A stretch of 48,359 nt of DNA from Candidatus Micrarchaeota archaeon (GCA_040753215.1 JBFMEZ010000026.1:1-48359), one strand, 5' to 3'. Counted from the first letter of the stretch, positions 17,852 to 28,326 are shown. The notes: a model not told the origin generated them from the letters alone. Numbers and translations: made by a program.

Positions 17852-18253
17852 ATGAAGGAGCTCAACATAATCACGGACGATCGGGTCGGCCTGCTTGCGG
17901 ACATATCCTACGTCCTCGGGAAGGCAAGGATAAACATAGAATCCATCGCCGCAAGCGCGGTAGGGGGCAAGGCCGTCCTCAGCATCATAGTCAGGGATTA
18001 CGACAAGGCGAAGCAGGTGCTGGAGAACAGCGGCTTCAGGGTGAGCGCAAGCAACGTCATCTTCATAAAGCTGGAGGACAAGCCGGGAAAGCTAGCGGAA
18101 GTCGCCAAGGCGCTTGCGGACGACGGCATAAACGTGGAGAACCTGCACCTCGTCTCGAAGGACGGCAAGCACACCATAGTCGGCCTCACGGTCGCAAACC
18201 CTAAGAAGGCCAGGTCCCTGCTTGCGGACTACCTGATTGAAAAGGAGAGCTAG
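17852..18253 (+). CDS. Double ACT-domain protein (paralog of 17106-17510)
   Basis: DDRVGLLADISYVLG, EDKPGKLAEVAKAL..INVENL. Confidence 0.88.
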   Translation: MKELNIITDDRVGLLADISYVLGKARINIESIAASAVGGKAVLSIIVRDYDKAKQVLENSGFRVSASNVIFIKLEDKPGKLAEVAKALADDGINVENLHLVSKDGKHTIVGLTVANPKKARSLLADYLIEKES

Positions 18254-19245
18254 AGTTCGATTTCCAATTCCTTTTTCTTTTTATCCAGCTTCCAGCCCTT
18301 TTCCTTCGCAATCCTTTCTATTTCCGCAAGCCCCCCTTTTTTGTACGCGGAAAGGATTTCCTCCACTTCCGCATACTTTTCAAAAATAATGCCGCCCTTC
18401 CTTTTCGCCTCCTTCTCCTCCGATTCCAGCCCGCGCAGCCTCTCTTCCTGCTTCGCCAATGTTTCCTCTAATTTCTTCAGCTCGGGGCTCTCTTCCTCCG
18501 CCACCCCGAAGCATTCGTCCAGCGCTGATGAAAGGCTTTCCCACTCCTCGCCCTCCCCGAACAGGGAATAGTCCGCCGGCTCCCCATCCTTCAGAACCAC
18601 GGAGGGCTTCAGGGAATCCATCCTGCGCACATAAGCATCGGCAATCCTCCTCTTCTCCGCGGCAGTCAGCCCGCTCCCTTTTTTGCTTTCTTCCACGCCC
18701 GCATCCGCAAGTATTTTCTTCACGTAATTTATGCCGATATTCAGGGGAACGAGCTCCGCGGCGATGGGCTTCTCATCCAGATTATCCAGTATATAATCCA
18801 GTTCCCTCTCTTCCGAGGGCGGGAAGGAGTATTCCCCGCCCGGCTTCAGCACCCTCCCCTTCCACTCTTTTTTCTCATATACCGCTATTATCTTCCCGTC
18901 CCCCACAAGCACGAGGTTTCCGGCCCCGAACATCTCCGCAACCAGCTCCATCCCGCCGAAATCAAAAATTATTATGCGGTCCCTGCCCCTCTGCCGCACC
19001 TCCCTCAGCTTCCTCCCGCCCAGCTCCTTGCGCGCCTTCATCACGAAGCCGGTTGGCTCCGGCGCCTCTTCCAATAGTCTAGTGATATGCAATCTCTTCC
19101 CCAGCTCAATCAGCACGCTGTCGCTGCCGATTTTCATCCTGAACACCCCCGGCCTGAGCTCATAGAACTTGTCCAGGCGCTTCCCTTCCAGGGGCTTGAG
19201 TTCCTGGATTATGTATGTGTAGTCCAGGTTTGCCATCGAACGCAT
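18250..19245 (-). CDS. NFACT/RqcH (Rqc2) family protein, short form
   Basis: MANLD..L..LEGKRLDKFY, GFVMKARKELGG, DRIIIFDF, LVAEMFGAGNLVL. Confidence 0.8.
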   Translation of the reverse strand: MRSMANLDYTYIIQELKPLEGKRLDKFYELRPGVFRMKIGSDSVLIELGKRLHITRLLEEAPEPTGFVMKARKELGGRKLREVRQRGRDRIIIFDFGGMELVAEMFGAGNLVLVGDGKIIAVYEKKEWKGRVLKPGGEYSFPPSEERELDYILDNLDEKPIAAELVPLNIGINYVKKILADAGVEESKKGSGLTAAEKRRIADAYVRRMDSLKPSVVLKDGEPADYSLFGEGEEWESLSSALDECFGVAEEESPELKKLEETLAKQEERLRGLESEEKEAKRKGGIIFEKYAEVEEILSAYKKGGLAEIERIAKEKGWKLDKKKKELEIEL

Positions 19246-19296
19246 GGCCAAATTTCTGCCTACTGATTTAATAACCGTTTCCTGGTTATCTACGGC

Positions 19297-20244
19297 ATGG
19301 ATTATTTTTCCCTCCTCTCAGAAAAATTCGGGAAAGAGGAGGCGGAGAGAAAAGTGGATGCAAAAATTTCCTCCTTCAGCGGCCTCCTTACAAGAGACGC
19401 CGCGGCCAGATTAATTGCGGCGGAAGAGGGGCTCCTTAAGGAACAGGTGCTGCCAATCTCCAAAATAAAGGACGGGGCCCGGGATGCCAATATCCGCGGG
19501 AAGATAAAGAAGATTTTCCCCATGCAGGAATACCGCACCGGGAAGCGCTCCCGCTCCCTCCTCCTTAAGGATGAAACCGGGGAGATGGAAGTAAAGCTCT
19601 GGAACGAGGATGCGGATTCGGTCTCCGGTTTCCACCTGGGAGACACGGTAAAGGTGAGCAGCGGCTACATGAGGGAGAAAATACTCAACATAGGGTACAG
19701 GGGAAGGGTGGAGCTGGAAGGAAGGGAGGAGCTGCTCACCCCCTCAAATCTCCGCGAAGGGGTTGTCTCGTGCAGGGGGCGCGTCTCGGCGATAAGCGGG
19801 ATGAACGGGGACGAGTTCCTCTTCTCCATTTCGGACGGGCAGAAGGAGGCGCGGGTGTGCATAACCCACATCCCGGAGAGGGGCGGGCGCCTTTCGGTTG
19901 GCGACACCGTAATGCTGGAGGGCGCAGAATGCGACGGCCATAGGCTTTTCCTGGGCGAGCATTCGCGCATGCTGGTGAAGAAGAACTCCCCGGACATCTT
20001 TCGCGGCGAGCTGGGGGATTTTGAGGTGGGCGCGGAGGGCGCACGCATACGCATTGGCGGCGAGGAATTCCACGTCGCTGCGCAGGAATTAGTTAGGTTT
20101 TTAAAGTTGGAGGGGCTAAAAAAGGACATAGACCTTCCCGCAGTTGCACGCATGAAGCTCACGGACCTTGAGGGAAAGTGGGCCACCGTATTGTTCGAGC
20201 AGAGGGAAGGCGCGAAGCACGCGAAAGACATCTCGGTGAGGTGA
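19297..20244 (+). CDS. OB-fold ssDNA-binding protein (RPA-like)
   Basis: GLLTRDAAARLIA N-terminus, LKDETGEMEVKLWN OB-fold motif, second OB-like segment ISDGQKEARV. Confidence 0.8.
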   Translation: MDYFSLLSEKFGKEEAERKVDAKISSFSGLLTRDAAARLIAAEEGLLKEQVLPISKIKDGARDANIRGKIKKIFPMQEYRTGKRSRSLLLKDETGEMEVKLWNEDADSVSGFHLGDTVKVSSGYMREKILNIGYRGRVELEGREELLTPSNLREGVVSCRGRVSAISGMNGDEFLFSISDGQKEARVCITHIPERGGRLSVGDTVMLEGAECDGHRLFLGEHSRMLVKKNSPDIFRGELGDFEVGAEGARIRIGGEEFHVAAQELVRFLKLEGLKKDIDLPAVARMKLTDLEGKWATVLFEQREGAKHAKDISVR

Positions 20245-20249
20245 CAGGA

Positions 20250-22403
20250 ATGCCTGAAGGCAAGATTATACTTCTCAAGGTTGCGGAGGCGATGCGCAAC
20301 GACGTGGGCAGGGGCATCGCCAGGATGGATGCCAAGAGCAGGGCTGAGCTCGGCGTCTCCACGGGCGACGTTGTGAAGCTCTCGGGTAAGAAGGTCGCCT
20401 ATGCGCTGGTCTGGCCGTTCCACCCGGATGACGAGGGGCAGGAGATGGTGCGCATAGACGGCATCCTGCGCCAGAACGCCGGCGTGGGGCTTGGGGACAA
20501 GGTGCGCGCAGGCAAATCCGACGCGAAGGAGGCGAAGAGGGTGATACTCGCCCCGCGCGAGCCGGTCCGCTTCTATGCGGGCTTCGACCAGTACCTCAAG
20601 AGCAAGCTGATAGGCAAGCCGGTGGTCAAGGGGAACGTCCTGCCGGTCGGGGTTTTCGGGGCGGCGATCCCGCTCGTGGTCGTGAACACCGCGCCCGCAG
20701 GCGGGGTGATAATAGGGGAGAAGACCGAGGTCGTGCTCAGCCAGGAGGTGGAAGAGGCGGAAACGATAACGGGAGTGACTTACGACGACATAGGCGGGCT
20801 GGGCGAAACGATCCAGAAGATAAGGGAGATGGTGGAGCTCCCGCTGCGCCATCCGGAGCTTTTCGAGAAGCTGGGGATAGAGCCGCCGAAAGGCGTGCTG
20901 CTGTTCGGCCCGCCCGGGACAGGGAAAACCCTGCTCGCAAAGGCGGTCGCGAACGAGAGCGACGCCAACTTCTTCTACATAGGCGGGCCCGAAGTGGTGA
21001 GCAAATTCGTGGGCGAGAGCGAGCAGCGCCTCCGCGAAATCTTCAAGCAGGCGCAGGAGAACGCCCCCTCCATCGTATTCATAGACGAGATTGACGCGAT
21101 CGCCCCCAAGAGGGAGGAGGTGACCGGCGAGGTGGAGAGGAGGATGGTGAGCCAGCTCCTCACCCTCATGGACGGGCTAAAGTCCAGGGGCGAGGTGATA
21201 GTGATTGCGGCTACTAACCGCGTGGATTCCATAGACCCGGCGCTCAGGAGGCCCGGAAGGTTCGACCGCGAGATAGAGATAGGCGTCCCCGACCGTGACG
21301 GCAGGAAGGAGATACTCCAGATACACACGCGCAACATGCCCCTCGCGGCCGACGTCAGCCTGGACGAGGTGGCTTCGCTCACCCACGGATACACAGGCGC
21401 GGACATCTCCGCCCTCACGAAGGAGGCGGCGATAAAGGCGCTCCGCATGATCCTCCCAAAGATAAAAATGGAGGAGGAGTTCATACCCCCGGAGGTGCTG
21501 GAAGAGCTCAAGGTCACAAAGGACGACTTCTTCACCGCTATGCACGGCATCCAGCCGTCCGCACTGAGGGAGGTCTTCGTTGAGAAGCCGAACGTGCGCT
21601 GGGACGACATAGGCGGGCTGGACAGGCTCAAGCAGGAGCTGAGGGAGGCGGTCGAGCTCCCGCTGAAGCGCCCGGAGGTCTTCGAGAAGATGGGCATCCG
21701 CCCGCTGAAGGGGATACTCCTCTTCGGCGCGCCCGGGACCGGGAAAACCCTGCTCGCAAAGGCGGTAGCCACGGAAGGTGAGGCCAACTTCATCGCAATC
21801 AACGGGCCGGAGGTTCTCTCCAAGTGGGTTGGGGAATCGGAGAAAACTTTGAGGGAATTGTTCAGGAAGGCGAAGCAGGCGGCCCCATGCATCCTTTTCA
21901 TAGACGAGATTGACGGCCTTGCTCCGGTGAGGGGCGTCGGCGCGGGCGAGGGCACGATGGTCAGCGAGCGCCTCGTGGATACGCTGCTCACCGAGATGGA
22001 CGGCCTGAAGTCCATGAAGAAGGTAATAGTGCTCGGGGCCACGAACAGGCCGGACATACTGGACAAGGCGCTGATGCGCGCGGGAAGGTTCGACCGCGTG
22101 ATTGAGATACCCGTCCCGGACGAGAAGACGCGCCTTGAGATATTCAGGGTGCACACGAAGAAGATGCCGCTGAAGGCCGTGGACCTTCCGGGCCTCGCAA
22201 AGGTTACGGAGGGTTACACGGGCGCGGACATAGAGAACATATGCAGGGAGGCGGGGATGTTTGCGATAAGGCACAATTCGGCCCACGTGGCGAAGCAGCA
22301 TTTCGATGAAGCGATAGCGTCGATAGCCCCGCGCATCCAGAAAGCCGACGTGGAGAGGGTTAGGAAGTTCAAGTCCTCCCTCACCGAGATGATGTACAGG
22401 TGA
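20250..22403 (+). CDS. cdc48: CDC48/VCP family AAA ATPase
   Basis: N-domain [20 protein letters not shown], two AAA modules ([16 protein letters not shown]), C-terminal MYR. Confidence 0.96.
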   Translation: MPEGKIILLKVAEAMRNDVGRGIARMDAKSRAELGVSTGDVVKLSGKKVAYALVWPFHPDDEGQEMVRIDGILRQNAGVGLGDKVRAGKSDAKEAKRVILAPREPVRFYAGFDQYLKSKLIGKPVVKGNVLPVGVFGAAIPLVVVNTAPAGGVIIGEKTEVVLSQEVEEAETITGVTYDDIGGLGETIQKIREMVELPLRHPELFEKLGIEPPKGVLLFGPPGTGKTLLAKAVANESDANFFYIGGPEVVSKFVGESEQRLREIFKQAQENAPSIVFIDEIDAIAPKREEVTGEVERRMVSQLLTLMDGLKSRGEVIVIAATNRVDSIDPALRRPGRFDREIEIGVPDRDGRKEILQIHTRNMPLAADVSLDEVASLTHGYTGADISALTKEAAIKALRMILPKIKMEEEFIPPEVLEELKVTKDDFFTAMHGIQPSALREVFVEKPNVRWDDIGGLDRLKQELREAVELPLKRPEVFEKMGIRPLKGILLFGAPGTGKTLLAKAVATEGEANFIAINGPEVLSKWVGESEKTLRELFRKAKQAAPCILFIDEIDGLAPVRGVGAGEGTMVSERLVDTLLTEMDGLKSMKKVIVLGATNRPDILDKALMRAGRFDRVIEIPVPDEKTRLEIFRVHTKKMPLKAVDLPGLAKVTEGYTGADIENICREAGMFAIRHNSAHVAKQHFDEAIASIAPRIQKADVERVRKFKSSLTEMMYR

Positions 22404-22783
22404 TTGGAATGCTGGTGACCAAGGCAGCGAAGCTGTTCCTCGGGCTTTTTGCAGTCTCGCTCGTTTATTTCGCCGTCACTCCGGGGCAGGGGCTGCTGGA
22501 GCTCCTGAAATACACCTCCCTGTCGCTTGGAATTTCCATCCTGTTCATCCTTCTTTACCCGAGGGTCAAGCAGGTGCGGAAGGGCGACCAGGTCCTCATC
22601 GCCAGCATGGGCCCCCTCCCGTCGCTGTTCGGCTTCACCGCCACCGCGGTTACCGGCGCGGCAATCGGCGAGGAGGTGAGGGTAAAAATAGGAAAGGGGA
22701 GGGAAGCGGTGGGGATGGTGGAATCCTACGAGGGCCTTTTCTCCCCGCCCAGGATAAGGCTGATTTACGAGGCGAGGGAATGA
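22400..22783 (+). CDS. Small membrane protein, hypothetical
   Basis: Two N-terminal TM helices plus a beta-rich C-terminus; 4-bp overlaps with both neighbours. Confidence 0.7.
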   Translation: MIGMLVTKAAKLFLGLFAVSLVYFAVTPGQGLLELLKYTSLSLGISILFILLYPRVKQVRKGDQVLIASMGPLPSLFGFTATAVTGAAIGEEVRVKIGKGREAVGMVESYEGLFSPPRIRLIYEARE

Positions 22784-23373
22784 GGTTCTACGTGGCAGAC
22801 AGGGAGGCGAGGGAAATCGCCATTTCGGTGTTTGCGATAGCAATCGCCCTCGCGGTTGCGAACGTGGGGATAGCCGGCCTTCTCTCCCAGCCCGGTGCCG
22901 CGGTATTCCTCATCTCCTTCTTCCTCGCAACCGTGGGCATAGGTTTCATATTCCACGAGCTTGCGCACAAGGTAGTCGCAAACTTCTTCGGCGCCGCCGC
23001 CGAATTCAGGATGTGGGCAGAGGGAATAGCCTTCATGCTCGTGTTTTCGCTGCTGGGCTTTGTGTTTGCCGCCCCCGGGGCGGTCTACATATATTCCCCA
23101 TACCTCACGAAAAAAGAAAACGGGGTAATCTCGCTCGCGGGCCCCTTCACGAACCTCGCGCTCGCCGGGATTTTCCTCGCTCTTGCGTTCGTGAGCCCCC
23201 TCTCCTTCGGCAGCATGAACGCATGGCTCTGGGGCAGCAGGATAAACATCTTCCTTGCCCTGTTCAACCTCATACCCATCTACCCCCTTGACGGCAGCAA
23301 GGTGATGGGCTGGAACTTCCTCATCTGGCTCCTCTTCGCCCTCATCTCGTTCGCGCTTTTCGCGGTGGTCTAG
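22780..23373 (+). CDS. Site-2 protease family (M50) membrane metalloprotease
   Basis: HELAH, AGPFTN, FNLIPIYPLDG. Confidence 0.92.
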   Translation: MRFYVADREAREIAISVFAIAIALAVANVGIAGLLSQPGAAVFLISFFLATVGIGFIFHELAHKVVANFFGAAAEFRMWAEGIAFMLVFSLLGFVFAAPGAVYIYSPYLTKKENGVISLAGPFTNLALAGIFLALAFVSPLSFGSMNAWLWGSRINIFLALFNLIPIYPLDGSKVMGWNFLIWLLFALISFALFAVV

Positions 23374-23916
23374 GTGCGCGGGGCAGAGGCGGTGCTTTCC
23401 TTCGTGGATTTCCTCGGGGAAAAAATGGTGCGCAAGCACAGGAAGGAGAAAGCCTACCGCGCACCGGAGCTTGACCTCAGGTTAAGGAGAGAGCGCACGA
23501 GGAGGGAAGCAAGGTTGCTTCACAAGGCGAAGCTTGCCGGAGTTCCCGCACCGGTCGTCTATTCCGTGGATGAATATTCCATAACCATGACCTATGTGCA
23601 GGGAAGGAAACTGGAAGAAAATCCGGAGGAGCTGGAAGAAGCGGGAAGGCTTCTCGCATCTCTCCATGATGCGGGAATAATCCACGGGGATTTCACCCCC
23701 TATAATATAGTAGTAAATAAGGAAGGCCTGCACGTGATTGATTTCGGGCTGGGCTTCTCCTCCTCCAGAATAGAGGACAAAGCCGATGACATCATCACAA
23801 TGCTCCGCGGGATAGAGGGAAAGCAGCATTTCCTTGAGGGCTACAGCGCATGCAGGGACTTCGAGGCGGTGCTCCGCAGGAAAGAACAAATAGAAAAAAG
23901 GGCGAGGTACCAGTGA
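23374..23916 (+). CDS. bud32: KEOPS complex kinase Bud32
   Basis: RGAEA, YRAPELD..LRRERTRREAR, IIHGDFT, IDFGL. Confidence 0.9.
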   Translation: MRGAEAVLSFVDFLGEKMVRKHRKEKAYRAPELDLRLRRERTRREARLLHKAKLAGVPAPVVYSVDEYSITMTYVQGRKLEENPEELEEAGRLLASLHDAGIIHGDFTPYNIVVNKEGLHVIDFGLGFSSSRIEDKADDIITMLRGIEGKQHFLEGYSACRDFEAVLRRKEQIEKRARYQ

Positions 23917-24942
23917 CTATACCGGCCGAAGCGTTCTGTATGCGATTGTCTCCAGGATGTCGTTGGAGCCTATAAGGAAGCCTACAAACCTCTCAAACCC
24001 TATCCCATACCCTCCTCGCAGAAGTGGCGCTTCCTGCTCAAAGAGGGCGAAGTATTCTGCAAAAGGGGCAGCCACATCCATTTTCTTTGCGCTCAGATAC
24101 TCTCCAATTTTTGATTCCCGGAACTGTCGTTCTATGTTTTTTCCATTTTCTTCCCGCACTGCTCCACCAACTGTTTCTCCGAGCTTAGGCATAAGCAGGT
24201 CTACGCTGTAGACTTTCTTTCCGCAAGGCGTCCTCTTCATGTTGAAAAACTTTATTGACGAGGGGTAATGAGTAACGAATGTGGGAATGTTGTCAAAGTG
24301 CCTGAGTACTGCCCTCTCTTCCTTTACCCCAAGGTCGTCCCCGAACTTATGATGGCCGCCTTTGCCGTTTAACAGCTTAAGCGCCTCTTCGTAGGTAAGC
24401 CTTTCAAACGGTTCCTTTACCACATTCTTAAGATACTCATTGTCCCCGCCCAGCAGCTCCACATCTTCCAGATTATTTTCCAGAACCTTCTGCGTCGCGT
24501 GCTTCATCACTGTAGTTTCTTCTTCAACGATTTTGTCCAGCGCTTCTTCCGGGAAAAGCCCTTCGTACGGCTTTTCTGGTTCTACCAGCGTAAATTCGCT
24601 CAGCCTCCTCCCCCCAGCTTCCGGATCTTTGTAGTTTTCCTCCCTAAAGCTGTTATTCACAGTAAAAAATCCTTTCCTGAGTCTTAGCACAAGCGCTTCG
24701 AGCTGGAGCTGGGCACTCTGGGAAAGATGTGCCTCTCTTCCATAGTAATTGAGCGAAAATGATGCATGGGGATTCTCGCATGAGCCAGCGATGTTTACCA
24801 GGGAAGCCACTGTTACTTCAGTGTAGCCCCTCTCTTTCAGGGCTTCGCGCAGCCCATCGAGTGCAGTTTGCCTAATGCTGGCAAGCGCGCCGAATTTCTC
24901 CTTGCTGTAATCGCCCCGAAGGGTTGAGATTACTTCTTTCAT
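23917..24942 (-). CDS. AsnRS-like class II catalytic domain without anticodon domain (archaeal asparagine synthetase AS-AR-like)
   Basis: LSQSAQLQLE, SFREE..RRLSEFTLVE, GETVGGAVRE, GGYGIGFERF; no N-terminal OB domain. Confidence 0.75.
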   Translation of the reverse strand: MKEVISTLRGDYSKEKFGALASIRQTALDGLREALKERGYTEVTVASLVNIAGSCENPHASFSLNYYGREAHLSQSAQLQLEALVLRLRKGFFTVNNSFREENYKDPEAGGRRLSEFTLVEPEKPYEGLFPEEALDKIVEEETTVMKHATQKVLENNLEDVELLGGDNEYLKNVVKEPFERLTYEEALKLLNGKGGHHKFGDDLGVKEERAVLRHFDNIPTFVTHYPSSIKFFNMKRTPCGKKVYSVDLLMPKLGETVGGAVREENGKNIERQFRESKIGEYLSAKKMDVAAPFAEYFALFEQEAPLLRGGYGIGFERFVGFLIGSNDILETIAYRTLRPV

Positions 24943-25052
24943 ATTTAATCACATCTTATGACACATTAGCGATTAGGATATATATTATAATTATGAAGAA
25001 AATTTTTACAAAAACGAATTATTTAAGTAATTAATGTTCTTAAATGTAAAAT

Positions 25053-26039
25053 ATGGAACCGGATAGGGTCGACCGGAAAATCCTGCTTCTGCTTTCCGAA
25101 GATTGCAGGATGTCGGTTGCGCAGATGGCGAGGAGAATAAGGGCATCAAGAGAGGTTGTGGACTATCGTATCCGGAGGCTGCTCAGGAATGGAATAATAA
25201 AATCTTTCTGCACAGATATCGACCTCGGGGCGCTAGGCTATACCAAGCATGTTGTTTACCTGGAACTGAAGGGCACTAGCAAACAAAAAGAAGAAGAGAT
25301 TTTCAGAAAATTGAAAGAAAATAAATTCGTGAGCTGGATTGTGACGTCTACAGGAAGATGGAGCGTAATTTTTGACATCCACTCCAGAAATACGGAGCAT
25401 CTGAGCCATCTTGTCCGTAGCCTGAAGCATGAATTGGGCCGCCATATCGGCGAATATGAAATAGTCACGCTTGAAGATTATGGATATTTCCATTCGAAAT
25501 TCTTTGGGGGAGAAGAACCCAGGAAGAAAGCCGCCAGTCCATATGTTCCTGATGAAACCGACCTATTACTGCTAAAATTGCTCAGCAAAAACGCGCGGAT
25601 GAGTTGCGTTGAACTTGCAAGAATGGTGGAACTCACCCCAGAAGCCGTTGGCAAAAGAATCAGGAGATTAAGGGAAATCGGCATTGTAAGGAGATTCTAT
25701 ATCTTCCCTGACCTTGCCAAACTGGGTTTTGAGCATTACAATGTGCAGATAAATCTTGAGAATATACGCAATGAAAAGGAAAGAGAAATAACTGCTTATC
25801 TTGAGCACCATCCTTCCGTTTCTTTCCTCTACAAACCGATTTCCCACTGGGATATTGAATTCGGCGTATTCGTGAGAAACCCTGGAGAACTGCGAACTTT
25901 CATGCAAGACCTCAGGACGCATTATCCAGAAAATATACGCATAAAGGACATCATGCTTTTCTATGAAGAGCAGACTGCGAATTTCCTGCCCGAAGGCGTT
26001 TTCGAAGTTCCGGAAACCGAAAACCGGAAACCACAATAA
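25053..26039 (+). CDS. Tandem-domain Lrp/AsnC family transcriptional regulator
   Basis: Two DxxDxxIL..L..(D/N)xR..ELA..V..RI.RL...GI HTH-RAM repeats. Confidence 0.9.
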   Translation: MEPDRVDRKILLLLSEDCRMSVAQMARRIRASREVVDYRIRRLLRNGIIKSFCTDIDLGALGYTKHVVYLELKGTSKQKEEEIFRKLKENKFVSWIVTSTGRWSVIFDIHSRNTEHLSHLVRSLKHELGRHIGEYEIVTLEDYGYFHSKFFGGEEPRKKAASPYVPDETDLLLLKLLSKNARMSCVELARMVELTPEAVGKRIRRLREIGIVRRFYIFPDLAKLGFEHYNVQINLENIRNEKEREITAYLEHHPSVSFLYKPISHWDIEFGVFVRNPGELRTFMQDLRTHYPENIRIKDIMLFYEEQTANFLPEGVFEVPETENRKPQ

Positions 26040-26040
26040 G

Positions 26041-26048
26041 TATTTAAA
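26041..26048 (+). promoter_or_regulatory. TATA box for the SRP RNA
   Basis: TATTTAAA starting 30 bp before the RNA 5' end. Confidence 0.6.
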
Positions 26049-26070
26049 CGCCCTCATCGTATTCCTATAC

Positions 26071-26328
26071 GGTGGGCTAGGCGGGGGCCAGGGGTCCCCA
26101 TCCCGCAAATCCCCTTAGGCGGGCCGAATGCCCGGGGCGTGATTCGCCCGTTCTGCGTCTTTCATCTAAGGCGTCGAAGCCCTCCCTCCTGGGACAGGGG
26201 CTTTGCGCGAACCGGGTCAGGCCGGAAGGAGCAGCCCTAAGCGCAAAACTCCGTGCTCAGGGGCAAGGGGGTGGAGCTGATGGTGGAAGCTCCGCAGGGC
26301 GGACGCTTTGCTAACCGGGAAGCCCACC
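26071..26328 (+). ncRNA. ffs: Archaeal signal recognition particle (7S) RNA
   Basis: Helix-8 motif GGGTCAGGCCGGAAGGAGCAGCCC; terminal helix GGTGGGCT/AGCCCACC. Confidence 0.92.
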
Positions 26329-26384
26329 CTCCTTTTTGCCTTCTGCATTTGGGTATCCCTGCTTCGCAGGGAAGCAAAAAGGAG
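26329..26384 (+). terminator. Stem-loop after the SRP RNA (terminator-like or REP-like)
   Basis: CTCCTTTTTGC ... CCCTG-CTTCG-CAGGG ... GCAAAAAGGAG. Confidence 0.4.
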
Positions 26385-26453
26385 ACCAAAAACCTCAAAC
26401 TATGTAATTCCAGTCTCCACTACTCTTATTAATTCATCTTTTCATCTCTACTC

Positions 26454-27104
26454 ATGGATGGAAAATACAACGCCTGCCTCGGCGCAATGGAATATGTGAA
26501 GGACGGGATGGTTCTCGGGCTGGGGAGCGGGACCACCGTTGCGCATTTCATAAACCTAATCGGCGAAGAGGTGAAGAACGGGAAGAAATTCGTGTGCGCC
26601 GCCACCTCTTTCGATTCCGAGATGCTCGCCAAGAGGAACGGGATCCCAATCGTTTCGCTGGACCAGGTCTCCAGGATAGACCTCGCGGTGGACGGCGCGG
26701 ACACGGTCGCGAAGGATTATGTGCTGAAGGGAGGGGGCGGCGCGCTGGCGCGCGAGAAGGTCGTGGACTATTTTGCGGACAATTTCATCGTGGTCGTTGA
26801 TGAGGGCAAGCTTAAGGCGAAATCCTACCCTGTGGTTGTGGAATGCCTCCCGTTCGCCTATTCCGCCGTGATGAAAGGGCTGGAAAAGATGGGCGCAAAG
26901 CCCGTGCTGCGCACGGGCGGGGGAAAGGTCGGCCCGGTCGTCTCGGACAACGGGAACTTCCTGCTGGACTGCGCGATGAAGATTGCAGACGCGGAAAAGC
27001 TGGAGCAGGAGATAAATTCAATACCCGGCGCCGTCGCCAATGGAATATTCACCAGGTTCTCGAAGATAATCGTGGGGAGCGAGACCGGCTCCCGCGAGCT
27101 CTAG
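26454..27104 (+). CDS. rpiA: Ribose-5-phosphate isomerase A
   Basis: GLGSGTT, DLAVDGAD, KGGGGALAREK, SDNGN. Confidence 0.96.
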   Translation: MDGKYNACLGAMEYVKDGMVLGLGSGTTVAHFINLIGEEVKNGKKFVCAATSFDSEMLAKRNGIPIVSLDQVSRIDLAVDGADTVAKDYVLKGGGGALAREKVVDYFADNFIVVVDEGKLKAKSYPVVVECLPFAYSAVMKGLEKMGAKPVLRTGGGKVGPVVSDNGNFLLDCAMKIADAEKLEQEINSIPGAVANGIFTRFSKIIVGSETGSREL

Positions 27105-28288
27105 CGGTTCCCGCGCGCTTCCTTCACGTACAGCTGCATGAGCGCTATCGAGACCGCTGCGACGGCAGCGGAGAAGATGAACGGCGCGTGCGCCCCGAGC
27201 ACCTGCACGTTCCACAGCGCGCCCGCGATTATGTTCGCCGGGAGGAGCAGAATCCCCGTAATGCCCTGGTATGCGCCTATGGCGCTCGCATACCTGTGCC
27301 CCGGCACGGTTTCTACAAGATAGACCCTCGGGGTGGTTTCTATTATCGCTATGAAAACGCCCAGCAGCGCGAACCCCACGAACGAGGTCAGCTCGTTGTG
27401 CGTGAAGGCGAATACGAGGGTCGACGCCGCGAACATGGAATACGCGGCCACCATCATCCTCTTCGGCCCGACCCTGTCGGTGAGGATGCCCATGGGAATC
27501 GCCATGGTGGTGTACACTGCATTGTACGCTAGGTACGCCACCGGTATCATCACGAGCGGAAGCAGCTCGCTGCTCCTGAGTATGAAAAACGCGGTGCCCA
27601 TCTGCCCCAGCGAGAACAGCGCAGCCACCAGCATGAAGCCGCGTATCTCGCCGTTGAATAATCCTTTGCCGTCCTTTATCCTTTCGAGCTGCTTTTCGCT
27701 TTCCTTAACAAAAAATATCAGGGCCACCCCCAGCGCCGCCGGGATGACCGCAATCATGAATATGGCCCTGTAAACAGCCTCCTCGCCCATCCCCGCGAAG
27801 AAGGCGAGGAGGAAAGCGGCCAGCAGCGGGCCGAGAATCGCCCCTGCAGAATCCATCATCTTCCTGAAGCCGAATGCCCTGCCGAGCCGGCTCCACGGCT
27901 CGGATTCCCCTATGATCGCGTCGCGCGGCGGTGTCCTTACGCCCTTGCCGATGCGCTCCACCGTTTTGAGCGCAAAGAACTGCGGCCAGGTTGCGGTGAA
28001 CGGGAAGAAGCCCTTCATCAGCGTGGAGAGGGAATAGCCGAAAAGGACCAGCTTCTTCCTGCTCCTGTACTCGTCGGAAAACCACCCGGAGACGAACCTC
28101 ATCACCGCGACGGCTATCTCGGATACCCCTTCGAGCAGCCCTATGACAAGCGCGCTGGCCCCGAGCACATTGGTGAGGAATAGCGGGATTATCGGCTCCA
28201 GCATCTCGCTGCTGGCGTCGCCGAGGAAGCTGACCGCTCCGAGGATTTTGGTATTGGCAGAAAGGCCCCCGTTTTTTCGCACGCCCAT
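27101..28288 (-). CDS. MFS transporter
   Basis: About 12 TM helices; ERIGKGVRTPPRDA and GILTDRVGPK motif-A-like segments. Confidence 0.9.
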   Translation of the reverse strand: MGVRKNGGLSANTKILGAVSFLGDASSEMLEPIIPLFLTNVLGASALVIGLLEGVSEIAVAVMRFVSGWFSDEYRSRKKLVLFGYSLSTLMKGFFPFTATWPQFFALKTVERIGKGVRTPPRDAIIGESEPWSRLGRAFGFRKMMDSAGAILGPLLAAFLLAFFAGMGEEAVYRAIFMIAVIPAALGVALIFFVKESEKQLERIKDGKGLFNGEIRGFMLVAALFSLGQMGTAFFILRSSELLPLVMIPVAYLAYNAVYTTMAIPMGILTDRVGPKRMMVAAYSMFAASTLVFAFTHNELTSFVGFALLGVFIAIIETTPRVYLVETVPGHRYASAIGAYQGITGILLLPANIIAGALWNVQVLGAHAPFIFSAAVAAVSIALMQLYVKEARGNR

Positions 28289-28326
28289 CTTATCCCTTTT
28301 TTAACCTGCTAACCGAATGCGGCAAT

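Noticed and set aside
20919..21765. Near-identical GGGAAAACCCTGCTCGCAAAGGCGGT repeats in cdc48
   Set aside because: Walker A motifs of the two AAA domains
19665..22301. Several 370-395-aa minus-strand ORFs
   Set aside because: Shadows of the RPA-like gene and cdc48
25587..25598. AAAAACGCG match to the E-element motif inside the Lrp gene
   Set aside because: No hairpin or flanking duplication; ordinary coding sequence
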